A stretch of DNA of 52,424 nucleotides, counting the filler, from Bipalium vagum (lineage: Eukaryota), in assembly GCA_037834085.1 (NCBI GenBank). It is 3 parts of 3 records of this genome, joined end to end, with 100 filler letters (N's around TTAATTAATTAA, not from the genome) between each part and the next. Parts side by side here need not be neighbours in the genome. Positions count along the whole stretch, not along the records: positions 34,829 to 52,424 come from JBBMKC010059931.1; 2 more parts are not named here. One strand, written 5' to 3'. Below are positions 40,067 through 52,424 of the stretch, in pieces (position 1 is the stretch's first letter; each line of letters starts with the position of its first letter). The notes below the pieces were generated by a model. That model saw only the letters and a list, made by a program, of their open reading frames with translations. It made no database searches and was not told the DNA's origin. Made by a program: the position numbers and the translations under genes.

Positions 40067-40150
40067 CGAGGGTTCTAAGAAAAAATCTCGGAGTCAATCC
40101 CAAGCAGTCGTTAGTAATTTTTACTCCGAGAACTTTTGTTAGAACCCTCA
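40067..40150. mobile_element. 84-bp MADE-like mariner MITE, TA TSD
   Basis: ta|cgagggttctaagaaaaaatctcggagt ... actccgagaacttttgttagaaccctca|ta. Confidence 0.88.
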
Positions 40151-40219
40151 TATGTTTAAGCAAATATAGTAAATATTTACTAAAATAATTTATTAGTCCA
40201 ATTAATTTTCATTTATTAG

Positions 40220-40276
40220 AACTTTCAGAAGTTGGGGATGGATAACGACAAAACTAATCCAAAATTTCAGCTTGAG
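40220..40276 (+). CDS. coiled-coil protein gene, first visible exon (candidate ATG at 40238)
   Basis: ttag|NFQKLGMDNDKTNPKFQLE|gttagg; a 51-nt intron leads to the next exon, phase 0. Confidence 0.7.
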
Positions 40277-40327
40277 GTTAGGAGATATTCTGGTTTTGAT
40301 TTGCTTTAAGGGTACCTTATTTTACAG

Positions 40328-40494
40328 CTCCAGCAAATGGAAAACCAACTTAAAGTAAAGGATGACAGAATCTCTCACTTGGACAATCAGAATAAAATTT
40401 TCAATCACCAAATTACCGATTTGGATAAGCTGCTCGAAAAGCGAAACTTGGAGCAGAGAGAATGTGAGAGACAAAAGTCCGAAATAGAAATGCA
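40328..40494 (+). CDS. coiled-coil protein gene, exon 2
   Basis: tttacag|LQQMENQLKVKDDRISHLDNQNKIFNHQITDLDKLLEKRNLEQRECERQKSEIEM(Q)|gtgagc; heptad pattern, elevated GC. Confidence 0.82.
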
Positions 40495-40869
40495 GTGAGC
40501 AAAATTGATTTTTTAACTTCAACTAAAATTTATTAATAATTAAATAAATAAAATATACCAAATGAAGATTATATCAGAAGAATCAATGTCACAAAACTTT
40601 ATATTATATATATATAATACTTGTGTTAGACCAAAGTTATTAATTATATAACTGGTAAAATATATAGAAAAGGCTGAAAACCCTTAGGAGTCAATTTCAC
40701 TTATTGGAAAAGCCGAAAAATAAACTCTTATTATTTCTAATTCACTTTTTTAATAAAAATTATTATTGTTATTATAATAATCACTGGTTTACAATTCTCA
40801 AGAAAGAAATATCAAACATGTTTTAAAGAACGTCAAAAAACATCTAGAATTTAACTGCTGTTGTTCGAA

Positions 40870-41690
40870 ATACATTTCCCACACTAATGTACGAATTCGC
40901 AAAACAGCTCTTCGTAGAAATTATTCTTACACTCTGAAAGTAATTCTAACACCGAGTCCTTTAAATCCTCAAATGATTCGAGTTGTCTACCGCGCATTTC
41001 CTTTGAAAAATGTTAGAAAAGCCAAAAGTCACTTGGTGCAAGGTCCGGACAATATGACGTATGTGAGACAACAGAAAACCAGGATTAGTGATTGCGATGG
41101 AGAAGAGAATACTTTTCTAGATTGGTGCATCGTCTTGCAAAGAGCCATAGTGGTAGACCTCTAGGCTTTCGTTGTAGAGAGCGTATCTCAGCGGTCAGTT
41201 CACAGTAGAAAGTACTGTTTATCTTAATGTTCTTGTCAACAAAATTTACTTTTATGGGTCCACTCCAATCTCAGAAAATAGAAAGTACCGGTCGTTGAGA
41301 CAAAATATTCGAGGAGTTCTCTCTTATTTGAGTCTCTATTCAAGAGAATCTTATTTGCTTGTAGGTATATAGAGAGTTTTGTGCACGTAAAATTAAGCCT
41401 ACTAGCCAGTTCCTTGATGGTAATCGTTAGTTCGTTTTTGACCAGTTGCTCGTATCGTTTCTTTAAATTATTTTCATCAATTTTTATGACGAGGAACGTC
41501 CTGACCGTACCTCATCATAAAAACTTTCTAACACGACGAAACTCGACAATCGAATAATAAATAATCGTTTTTGAAGGACGTTTATACCCGTACGTATCGA
41601 ATAGTTGATTCTGAGAAAATTGGCATTCGATTCTCCTCACAAGATTTGAAATTTGATGACACCTCTATATTTCCATTGAATCCATTTTTA
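40870..41690 (-). mobile_element. near full-length decayed mariner (Himar1/irritans-like) inside an intron of the coiled-coil gene
   Basis: MDSME..RGVIKF, YGYKRPSKTIIYYSIVEFRR..FYDEVRSGR, LLQDDAP, HTSYCPDLAPSDFWLF. Confidence 0.88.
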
Positions 41691-42102
41691 ATTCACACCT
41701 TATTTACTACAAAAGAAATGGTAAATAAAAACAAATTACATTTTCATTACCTATATAAATTGTATTTTCAAATATAATCAAATCACCAATTTCCAATTTC
41801 ATACCTAATCCGAGTATTTAGGATACGAATCACGTATATTAAAGATTATTTTTTAGCCGTAACCATAAATCTTTTTCTTATTTTTTTAACAAAAAAATTT
41901 TATTTTACACAGATCTTTCAATATTTAGAATAATTAAATAACAATTTTTTCTTTCATCTTGACCATTAAAATTGATTTTATGCTAATAAAATATTTGAGC
42001 TTGATAAATTAATTATTATTATTATTATCATCATCATCAAATATTTTAATTAATCAAAATTTATTAGGAAAAAGATTCCTTGATTATCATACCTTATATT
42101 AG

Positions 42103-42370
42103 ATTAAAAGGACAGGTGAAGAAAAACGAAAGAGTTCTGGAAGTAGTCAATGACACAATCAAGACCGCAATCAACAGTTGTTCCGAGTCCCCAGATATTC
42201 TTGAAAAGCTGCAGAGCATCAGGCAAATCCTCAACCATTACGATAATGTAAGGTTTTATAAACGCCCTACATATCCATTTATGAAAAGGCATTTTGTGTT
42301 TGGTTTTAAATTGGACTCAAAGTTTTCAGTCAATAATTTTAACTCGGAAAATTCTCAGATCAATATTTAA
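42103..42370 (+). CDS. coiled-coil protein gene, 3' exon(s)
   Basis: ttag|(Q)LKGQVKKNERVLEVVNDTIKTAINSCSESPDILEKLQSIRQILNHYDN; phase 2 matches exon 2. It then either splices 42248-42358 (gtaagg..ctcag) to INI* or reads through to the same stop. Confidence 0.8.
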
Positions 42371-44099
42371 CAAAATCCGATTTGAATTCATTTTAATTTT
42401 AATTATTTGAAAATATTTTTTTCATTAGTGATTAATATTAGACTACACAAAAAATCTTAAATTCCAATTATAATTATTATGTGTAGAACGACTTAACCAA
42501 GCAAAAAACTCTACGGTTATAATATATTTTGAACAGTAATTGTATTAATATTTGTTAATATTTATAATAATTAGGCTGTTGAAAAACCTCACACAAAACT
42601 TAAAGTTGGGTTCGTTCAGTCAGCACGGTTTTGCATAATAAAATAAGTCTACGTTTTTTATTTAATCGGAATACATTAATGAAACAAGTGCAATATCTCA
42701 ATTAATCTCTCAGAACATTCTACAGAATATCAAAATCAGAGATCCTCGACCTCCATAATAAATAATATATAATGAAATATAGATAATTATACATTGATTA
42801 TTTTATAATTCGTTCAGACCAATCCGACATAGAGATAATTTTCAGTGTTTAACCAAGATCGGGCAAAACATCTTGTATAATTTCTTAAATATTTATACAT
42901 TTTTGCTGTGTTTATTTTTTGTAACATTTTTAAATTTGTGATGTTTAACTTTCCAAAAATATCTTTTATATACAGGGTGTGCCAAAAGTCATAATTATTA
43001 TAAACAAACAATAATTACACAGGAATTTTCGAAAGTACCCATTATTATGTGTCAAAATGCTATAACTGCTTTTATTGATAGCCTTGTCAAATATATTGAG
43101 CTTGAGGAGAAACAAGTTGCGTAAAATAAAACTTAGAATGGTTTACTACTTTTTCATCATAAATAAGTCTTTTTATTCTAATGATCATTTTGCTAATGAT
43201 TTTAGGAACACCCTTCACATAATTTATTATATTTGTTTATTAAAACTATTTGTCATAAAGGAATTTAATTAATATTATGATACTTTAGTTATTACTGTTT
43301 TAATCATATTTTACAAATGAAACTAAAAAGATATTTATATAATATTATTCTTTTGAATAATTTCACTTTCTATTATCAAATAAGATTCGCATTAATCAAG
43401 TCTAGTAAAACCACTTTTATTCAATCATAAACTTTTATTATTTTAGAAGAAATAAAGGAAATTGAAGAAAAAATAATTATATAAATAAAATTGATAGCGA
43501 TAACCTTAACGTGATTATTTTCATCCTCGTGTATTTATTGTACCAATGATATATTTCATGGTCTTCTGTTTTTGTTTTGGAGTTGTGGAAGCTGATAATA
43601 TAAGTGTAATCAATCTTAAATTTCATTTCGCTCCTGAAAGTCGACACTCTTCAGACTCACGAATATCTGATTAAATTTCATGAGATATTCTGTCTACTTT
43701 CTGTTAAATTTATTTTATGGGCTTCGGGAGGTTATTTTTGATTTATCTTTTATTTGAATAAAATCTTTTTAAACTTATTTTAAAGTGTTTTATTCTCTAT
43801 TATAATATACCATATTTTTTAGATTAATAAAGAAATGGGGATGTTATATATGTAATTAATAAATATTAAGTTTTGGTTGACACTGCAGAAAATATATAAT
43901 GATAAATATAATTATAATAATATTGTCATCGGAATTTAATTAACAGGATCAATACATGGGGTATTTTGAAAATTTGGTATCGGGTACTTTAAGTGATATC
44001 CGCGTTTTGTAACTGAAAATCATAAAATTTGAGATGGAATTACTTTTAATCATTTTTGAATAAATTTAAATTAACGAGTTTCTTTGAAATGAAACTTAA

Positions 44100-44560
44100 A
44101 TATAATATGAAACTTTCAAAGGAAAACTATTTTCCGATGATTTACTATAATTTAAATTTGGCCTTACACAAAAGCAATGTCTAGATCACAAACAAAGAGT
44201 TGCTTTCTAATATTAATGATGTGTTTGAAATGATTGAAAGAGATCGACATGTTAAATACAGTTGCAAATGTTGGCAGTAGCATGAAATCAAATGAAACCA
44301 TTTTGTACAACCATCTGAAGGTACGAAAGCTTTGCAGTTGTTGAATCGCACACAAATTGACATCTAAAAAAATGTCATTTTAAATGATACCAATTTTTTT
44401 TCAGAAATTTAAAAAATGGCTTTCAAATTTAATTTAAAATACTGTCACTGATGATGAATGGGGATTTATTCGAAAGACTCTGAAAGTAAGAGAAAATCCA
44501 TTGAGTATTTCCAAACTAGAAATAACAATCGAAATCGAAAAATTATTCTCCATCATTACA
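44100..44560 (+). mobile_element. decayed mariner transposase fragment
   Basis: VFEMIERDRHVKY, TILYNHLKVRKLCSC*IAHKLT (WVPHxL linker), TVTDDEW. Confidence 0.8.
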
Positions 44561-46539
44561 ACATAGCTCTTACGTAGTGAGTTAGATTATTGATTTCGCA
44601 GTCACTAAAAAGTGAAATTAATGACCGTATTCTCCTGACCTCTTTTTGTTCCCAACCAGTAAAAAGAAATTACGTCATGAGCGTTTTTTGTCTCTTGAAA
44701 TAGCTATTGCAAAAGTGACAACTTCAGAATGGAAAAGTACTCCGAAAATAATTTTTAGCCTTAATTTCTAATAATATGTATTTATTGAAATAAGTAATAA
44801 AACGTATAAAATTAAGTTCTTTTGTCTTGGTATTAAAATAAATATTAATTTAATACATATGTATTTATTATATATATTTATTATATATGTATTTATTATT
44901 ATTAATTTATGTTTTTTTAATGAAATCATAATTTTTAAAAGAAGCAAAATTCATCTGTGCGGACTATTTGTAATGTTAAAGGTACATTTTGTCTAGGTTC
45001 TTTAGATTAATATACTAAGCTAAGAGGTTTTTAAAAATTTACAGGCAAAGATAAAAAAAGAGTAAAAATAAATTGAACGAATTAATTAAGACATACAACA
45101 AATCAAGAGTTCTGGACTTTGTAGAACAACTGAATAAGTTGAAGAAGATTTCTTTTCTCAATTTCATTGTTCTCTGAGGAAATGAAACAGTGGAGTGACT
45201 GTGAAAGCTCTCTGCAACACACTTCAAAACTATGGTTTTGTCAAATGAAGGTTACACTCTATTTAGAAGTTTATAGAATATTGTACAATGTTCATTATGA
45301 TTTTCTGACTTCTGGAAAATAAAACTAGGAATTATTTCGCAAAAATACAAAATACAAAAAAATATCTGACACTAAAGAAGATTTTATGATCATATTTCAG
45401 GATAAAGCCTTCCCATATGGACGTACAAATAAATAAAAAAAGTTACTGATAGACTCTATTTTACTTTCTATTTTTCATTTTGAAAACATCCTGGTATCTT
45501 CCACTTGTTCTATTTTCATATTTCCCTTCTTGTTTCGATTAAATGTGCTATTTCAGTTAATTATGACTGTTTGAATATTACTTGTTTAAGTTTAAAATTA
45601 AAGGTTAAATAATGCCATTGTTTCTTTAGCAGCCTCATAATATTATTGCTTATAATATTATTACAACCCTGTATTATTTACCTTTATTGAAATTGATAAA
45701 TAAAACTTTAAATTAATACTTATTTATTTAATATTAAAATAAAAATAAATATTATTATTAGTTATTCTTTGATTTATTAATAATTATTTATTAATAAACA
45801 AAAGAAATTGAAATATAAATTTTAAAAAATATTTGTTTATCTTACAAAAATTATTCTTTTTAAATTACATAATTTAATAAAGGCCTAAAAATTTTTGATT
45901 CATTAATTTAATCAAAGATGAAAAAAATATTTAATCTTAAATTGAATATCGTCTTCTCAGAAATTTGATACAATTTTATTTGTTCCATTCTGAACACAAA
46001 TATTTCTTTTAGGCATTGAATTTATTTCATTTTTTATATTACTTTTAGAAGATTTTCAAAAAGATTAAATTTTATTTATTTATTTTTAATTTTATTGAGT
46101 GAAACACTCTCAGTAATGATTATTTACGTCTATTGATTTATTTGTTAAATTCGCCTAAGACAAAAATTTTATTTTATTTTCATTTATTTTCATTGGAACA
46201 ATTAATTATAACTGATTAATAAACAGAATTAATATTTTTATTTTAAATTAAATTTAAATATTTTTTTAATCTTTTTTTCAAATTGTTTGAAAACCGCTTT
46301 AAAGAAAAGAAAATTTTTAAAATTTGCAATTTTTATCAAAGAAAAGTAAAATTATCAAATAATAAAATAATGAAAATTTTACCTCAACGAAATCTGTTCA
46401 ATAAAATTGAAGATGAATGTATAACAGTCATTGTTGGAAATTCTGAATTGATAATAATAATTATTAGTATTAATTATTATAGCTATCGAATCTTTTAGCC
46501 TTTTTCCCCCAATAAAAAAAATTAAATTAAAGCAATATA

Positions 46540-47280
46540 TAAGAAAGAAATTAAACTTTTATTAGATTCAACAGATTTTTCCAATCATCATTGAAAACAT
46601 TATCCTTCCACATCCATTCTTTCTGATACAAACCGATCTAATCTGTTAATATAAGATTCTATTTGCATGTGTTTTTGGATATAAAAATTAAAATTAATGG
46701 TTGACTTCCAAATAACGAAATCCAATTTTTCCAATATCATCATGAGCTTTCCGTTGATCACTTATAATAATTGTACTCCTTCGGTATACACTTTTAACCA
46801 TTTGTATTAGTTCTATTTTCAACTACCTCTAGATATATTTTTGATGGTTCATTACTGGTATCTGCAATTCCAAATACCCAGATTTCGTGTTCAGTTGCAC
46901 GGCCTCGATGATATTTAGGTTTATGTCTAAATAAACTTTCATCAATCTGGCATATAATTCCTTGACCACCTAATTTACAAGGATTTCCTTTAATAATTAT
47001 CACAACATTTTCTTAAGTCATCATAGATGTTAGTTAAAACTTTTTTATCAACATCGACTTCTTTCTTTATGTCTGTTTCTTTTTCATCTGTTGTCCATTT
47101 CCATAGCAACTTCAAATCAGTACTTAAATGAAATCGATATATCTCGAAAATAGAACCTGTCCGTAAGCTAATATATTTCTTATAATTGGCACATGTTATT
47201 TCCGTTTGCCTAAATGCTACAACATCCTTATTTCTTGTATATGCCTTGCATTTCATTAGCTTGATATAGCATAATACACC
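46540..47280 (-). mobile_element. Merlin (IS1595/ISXO2-like DDE) transposase pseudogene
   Basis: ISLRTGSIFE; KLGGQGIICQIDESLFRHKPKYHRGR...WVFGI; after a frameshift TIIISDQRKAH, EVNH, H.QIES, which together give the D,D,E motifs. Confidence 0.92.
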
Positions 47281-47290
47281 GTTTTCACCT

Positions 47291-47453
47291 CTATTTTGGA
47301 ATTGTAAAGGTTTGTTTTGACATTTTAAAGGTCTATTTTGACAATATTAAGTTTTCTGTAATTAACCAAAAAAAGAAATTAACCAATAATAGCCAAAATA
47401 GAATTTAACAATGTCAAAATAAACCTTAATATTGTCATAATATACATTTTCCG
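47291..47453. repeat. fold-back of 21-bp tandem units next to the Merlin 5' end
   Basis: Three units of about ctattttgacattttaaaggt (47291-47353) mirrored by inverted units (about 47386-47444). Confidence 0.75.
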
Positions 47454-47876
47454 TTTTCTCCCCCCAATAAAAATCTTTTACTTTTCCTCCCCACAAGCTA
47501 CTTATTTAATTGAGTTGATGAAAACCTTTCGACAAGTTATAATATCAATATGAAAGATTAGTGAAAAGAATATAAGTATTTTCCAATTGGAGAATATTAT
47601 AAATATAAAAAATAATTAATAAATGTATAAAAAAGAATGTATAACAATTGAACGGAGTCCTCAATGAGACCAAGGAGATTAAGATGATTCTCTTTGCCTT
47701 ATTTCTCATCTTACCTTTCCCGAAGAAAAGATATAATTTTCCTCGTGTTTTTTTCTAAATATTATTATTATTAATCAAATTCTTAAAATAATTAAAAAAT
47801 AAAATGTTAGGTTCTAACAGTATAAATTATTGTCATAAAATGCTTCTTGACGCCAAACTTGGGTTATAGTCAATAT

Positions 47877-48100
47877 TTACTGCTGTAAAATTATCAGTTT
47901 CTCTCCTTTGCTCGTGTACAGAGGTCTAAAGCCAGAAACATTGAACATTGTCTGACGATTTATTATTAATAACAGTTTTCGATGAGAGATATTCGCATCT
48001 CGCGCCATTTTCCAAAGCCAATAGTCCCTCTTGACACAAATAATTGAGTAATTTTCATAACAACATTTGACAGTTGCAGCTGGAGATCTCATTTGTCTTG
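47877..48100 (-). mobile_element. Tc1/mariner-superfamily HTH relic
   Basis: RSPAATVK...KMARDANISHR resembles RTP..VK....RKMARxxNISxR. Confidence 0.45.
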
Positions 48101-49580
48101 CTAATTATTTACCCACTTGTTATATCCGTATACTTTGTCTTAGAAATTCAATTATGAACTTCGAATTTCATTGTTGAAAATGGAATTGCTTTCTGAAAAA
48201 CGGCGAATTTTATCATTAATGGATCAAATGTTCAAAGAAATATTGGGAGAAATTATCATTTATTCTGAAACTTGTCTTTAATTAAATTGGCAAAGAAATT
48301 GTCAGAACATTATTTTATAAATGGAAAAGGACTCTTTTACTACTTTTATCATATTATTACCAAATATTATGAAAGAAGAATATTTAAATTAAATTATTAT
48401 TAACGCGAAATATAATATTGATAATAATCATTAAACAAACATATACCAATGATTTAAAATTCGAAATAATCTATCACTACCAGAGAAATAAAAATAAACT
48501 GTTTTATTATCATTAATTATGATTAAATTATTTTATATTCATAATATTCGTTAAATATTTCATTTTTATTAAGGCAATAATTATTGATTAAGATTCGTTT
48601 AATAATAATAATTGAAATTATAGTACTTGAAAAAATTAATAATTGTTATTACTTTTATCATCAAGTAATCACTTCGTAAACCCTTAATGTAATTCATTCC
48701 ATAAAATTGAATGAGATAAGTTATTGGAGAATAATTGGCTGACCTTTGAATTTCAGAGCGAAGTTGACAGATTTGATAGAAAGCAATATTTGGATCTCCA
48801 GGATAAGTCGAACTCAGTCCAACAGGAAGTAATATTTGAAGTTTAAATAATATTTCTTGCAAATGGGAAAATCAAATTATTCTCTTCTCATCATTTTCAG
48901 TCATCAAATATTAATTATAAAATTTTGCCAAGTTTTAGTATTAATATTTTTTAAAATAAAATAATAATAATAATAATACAAGTTAAATGAATAAATAAAA
49001 TTCATGGAACTAAAATGAAACCATTAATAAATAAAATAACTTTCAAGTAATAAATTTTATATTGAAAAAGTGCTTACATGCTGCTGGTTGAATGAAGGGA
49101 AAGGAATGGATTGATTGATCCCATTAACTTGTCATCAGAAATGTTTTGTTTACCAATGCCCGCTTGACTTTTTATAATGTTCCCTCACGCAATATTGCTA
49201 TATTGCTTGCCATGTTATATTAGTTTGAAAATGTTGTCTTGTTCTTGCACCTTAGCTGATCCATCTAGATAGAGAAAATGTGCAGTTGAAGGAAATGCTC
49301 AGAGAGGTAATTATGTCTCTTTATCTTATTTTAATATGGCTTTTTATGATAATGATAATTGTAATTCTTCACGAGAAATTATCAGATATTAATAAATCAT
49401 TTTTTTCATGAAATATTTATGATAATATTAAATAAATAGATAAGTTTATTGGCTTTTCTTTATTTTAAAATAAATAATAATATTTTCTCAAGACTTTTTT
49501 AAAGTGCTTTCAAAAGAAAATTTATATAAATATTAAAGAAATTTAAAAAGTTTAAAAATTATTTTAATGAGTTGCATCCT

Positions 49581-49662
49581 TTTATGGTGTGCATTATAGT
49601 ATGGTTGTGTAATTGGTCCATATTTCTTTGAAAATGCTAGTGGTGAAACTGTTAGTGTTAGT
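49581..49662 (+). mobile_element. Tc1/mariner-superfamily (rosa/DD41D-like) transposase scrap
   Basis: LWCAL*YGCVIGPYFFENASGETVSV corresponds to VWCAL...GIIGPYFFEN..G.TVTV. Confidence 0.7.
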
Positions 49663-51317
49663 TTTTAATCATCAAATATTATTTATAAAAATTTTCAAGT
49701 TGTTGTAATAGTTTTTAATATTTTTGTAAAATGAAATTGTTAGCTGCGATATCAGCAAAATCAGTCAAAGTTTGAACAATATATTTTTGAATTTTTTTTA
49801 AAACAATAATACGTAAACAAATTTTCCATTCTTAATAAATTAATATATTGTGCCATTTAATATTACAATTCATTTCAATAAAAATTATTTTAAAATAAAT
49901 ATTAAAATTAAATTAATTAAAAATTTAAATTAGGCACATTACAAAATATAACAATTATGAATGTTTAAATATTCACAGAAATAAAATAAAGTATAAAATA
50001 ATAATTATTATTATTGTTAAATATATCATAATTTTTTTAAAAAAATTCGTTAAGCAATAAAATTAATTAATTTAGGAAAAACAAAAATCTCAATTGATTC
50101 AGGAAAAGGATAAATCATTATCAGTTCAATTAAGAAATGAAATTAAAAAGTAATTGCAATTGCTTATGTAATTAATTTAAATTACTTCATTTACGTTTGA
50201 GAATATTATTATCGTCATAATTATCATGATGATTATTATTATTTCTAATATTATTATATTATATCATTTATTATTTTCTCCATTTTAAGAGCTATTTATA
50301 AAAGTATTATTTAAAATGTATTTTTCTTTGAATTCATAAAAAATTGAAAAAATTGCCTTTGAGGAAATTATTTGTTTACAAAACATGTTTTTTATGGATT
50401 CAGTTATAAAATATGGGAAATGATTGAACTGTTATTGCCGATCAGTGTTATAATATTCTTGATTTTGGTAGTAAACATGTGAAGCGATTGTCCTGCCCGT
50501 AATCCCCTTCTACTAAGAATCCAAAAACGATAATTTGTCCGTTCTTTCATTTTCTTGATCCCAATAATTTGTTTACTTTGCAGCGACTAATTAAATAATT
50601 TTTAAAAATCTAAAAGCCTAATAAACATTATTAAAACAGTAATTTACTCCTATAAATAATAAATTTTTATGGGATCAAACCATTCTATAAGTGCTTCATA
50701 CTTATTACTTTAGTGAACGTTAATATCATTCATTGGTCCAATGAAAGTATTAAATTATTCGGTGGTTGACCTTGTTCTCCGAATTTGTTTAAATTAATTA
50801 ATTTAAATACTAATAGCATCTCAATGTAAAATGTTATCAAATTTTTTGCATGTATATTGGGTTTTGATATGCAGTATGTATAATTAATTTTAATTATGTT
50901 TGTACGCGGAAATCGAATATTTTAAAATGACAATTTTGTGAAAATAAAGCAATTTGTAGGAAGCATTAATTTTCATTTTCAATCCCTAAAAGTTATGCTG
51001 GCTACCGTAAATCTGTTATTGGAATTAATTTAGACCAGCATTGTAGGCCTTCAGGCACGTACATGTTGCAGCACTATGTCGATGTGAATTTTGTTCGATG
51101 ATTTTTGATAGAATCGATTAATGATTAATAATTAATTAATGATATTTTAATGTTTTAAATACAATTTCATAAAGAACATTGACGTGGTCTCTGATGAAGA
51201 CCCAGTCATATGAGATATACTTAATTTAATAATACCTTTTGACTTATTTAATACACTGGTAGTAGATGTTGTGGAGGGTGCAGATAGATCATTCATGCTC
51301 ATTATGGTGGTTTAAAC

Positions 51318-52424
51318 TAGGGATGGGTAATAATAACTTCTTATTAATATTATTAAGAAAATTATTAAAAAGAATCTTAATAAGAAATTGATTTATTATT
51401 GGAAATTATTATTAATATGGATATTTCAAAAAAAATAAAAAGAACAAGAAGAAAAAGAAGCATGGTATGGGAATATTTTGTTGAAATAGATTGCCAGTAT
51501 GCCAAATGTAAATTATGCGCAACATTAATTAAAATGAACGGTTACACAAATGGAATGCTTAATCATATAAGTGAATTCGATCCTTTACAAGAAACAAATG
51601 TTGGAAATGAAATCATCCCTAAAGATTGTCCTGAAAAACTTCTTTATCAACTGATGATTGATGAAAACCTGCCTTTTTCCTTTTTAGAAATTTTATTTAT
51701 TCTTTAAATGCAAGTTTTAAAGTTCCGTTCAGAAAGAATTTTACTTCAAATATCTTGCCAAAAATGTTTAACAAGGCAATAGGTAATCTTAGAAATATTT
51801 TAAGTAATGTAGAATCTATTTCGATAACCACGGATACTTGGACATCAATTAATATGGAGTCATACATGTCTCTGACTGTACATTATATTGATCAAAATTT
51901 TAATTTAAACCGCTATCTTCTTGATTTCTTTTACTTCCCGGAGAAACACACTTCACAAAAAATTTATGATAATATTGTAAAAATATTAGAAGAATGGGAG
52001 CTACTTACTAAAAATATAGTAATCATCCACGATAATGCACCTAACATTGTCAAATTAGTTGAAAGGCAATTTCAAGGTAACTTACGTTGTTGTGCTCATT
52101 CATTACAAGTTGTTATTAATCACGCCCTTAAAAATAATAATATACAAAAACTACTTAAACTGTTCCGATCACTTGTATGTCATTTTAAACATAGCTCCAC
52201 CGCCTATGCTAATTTAGAAAAGCAGCAAGAAATTCTCAATTTTCTCAACCATTCACTTATTCAAGACACCCCTTGTTGGAACAGATGTTTGAATATGCTC
52301 CGAAGGTTTATTGAGCAAAAAATGGCAATTTATAATGTTTTGCTTGGACAAAAGAAAATTGATTTAATTACTAAAATTAGTGACGACGACTTTAAAGTTA
52401 TTGATTTAGTTATTAAATACTTGG
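51318..52424 (+). mobile_element. hAT (Ac-group, ZBED1/4-like) transposon, 5' part, frameshifted; continues beyond window
   Basis: TAGGGATG terminus at 51318; BED finger SMVWEYF...AKCKLC...GMLNH; ISITTDTWTS (first D), SYMSLTVHYID, IHDNAPN (second D), RCCAHSLQ, LIQDTPCWN. Confidence 0.93.

Noticed and set aside
715-48862. Most short ORFs in the supplied track (F/I/L/K-rich, 60-90 aa, many with TTG/GTG starts)
   Set aside because: Expected by chance in AT-rich DNA or antisense shadows of TE/exon sequence; bacterial-style starts do not apply to this eukaryotic DNA.
48599-48862. ORF vaguely like a hAT dimerisation domain
   Set aside because: The key ERxFS motif is absent.
28566-52424. Upstream BAR-domain exons of the RhoGAP
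   Set aside because: Searched by eye; no convincing candidates. They may be in the second gap or outside the window.

Overview
Very AT-rich eukaryotic (animal) scaffold with short spliceosomal introns, two 100-N assembly gaps and dense decayed DNA transposons. The style resembles a triclad flatworm, but the species is inference only. Host genes: (i) a minus-strand BAR-RhoGAP gene of the ARHGAP17/ARHGAP44/SH3BP1 (RICH/Nadrin) family, with four in-phase exons (28565-28415, 22427-22300, 19750-19703, 19628-19480) and a probable terminal exon (11583-11461); (ii) a small plus-strand spliced coiled-coil gene (40220-42370). The standout is a decayed endogenous Polinton/Maverick/adintovirus-like virus at about 13024-17071, cut off by the gap. 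On the minus strand it carries minor capsid (penton), A32-like packaging ATPase, double-jelly-roll major capsid and a Zn-finger/coiled-coil ORF. A truncated protein-primed DNA polymerase B N-terminus converges from the plus strand and is preceded by a GC-rich hairpin. The rest consists of more than a dozen mariner/Tc1 relics, several MITEs with TIRs and TSDs, a Merlin (IS1595/ISXO2-like) transposase, a BED-finger hAT running off the right end, a Gypsy-type integrase scrap and a decayed micro-exon-like array. All homology calls come from motif recognition by eye; no searches were run. Coordinates of decayed elements are approximate.
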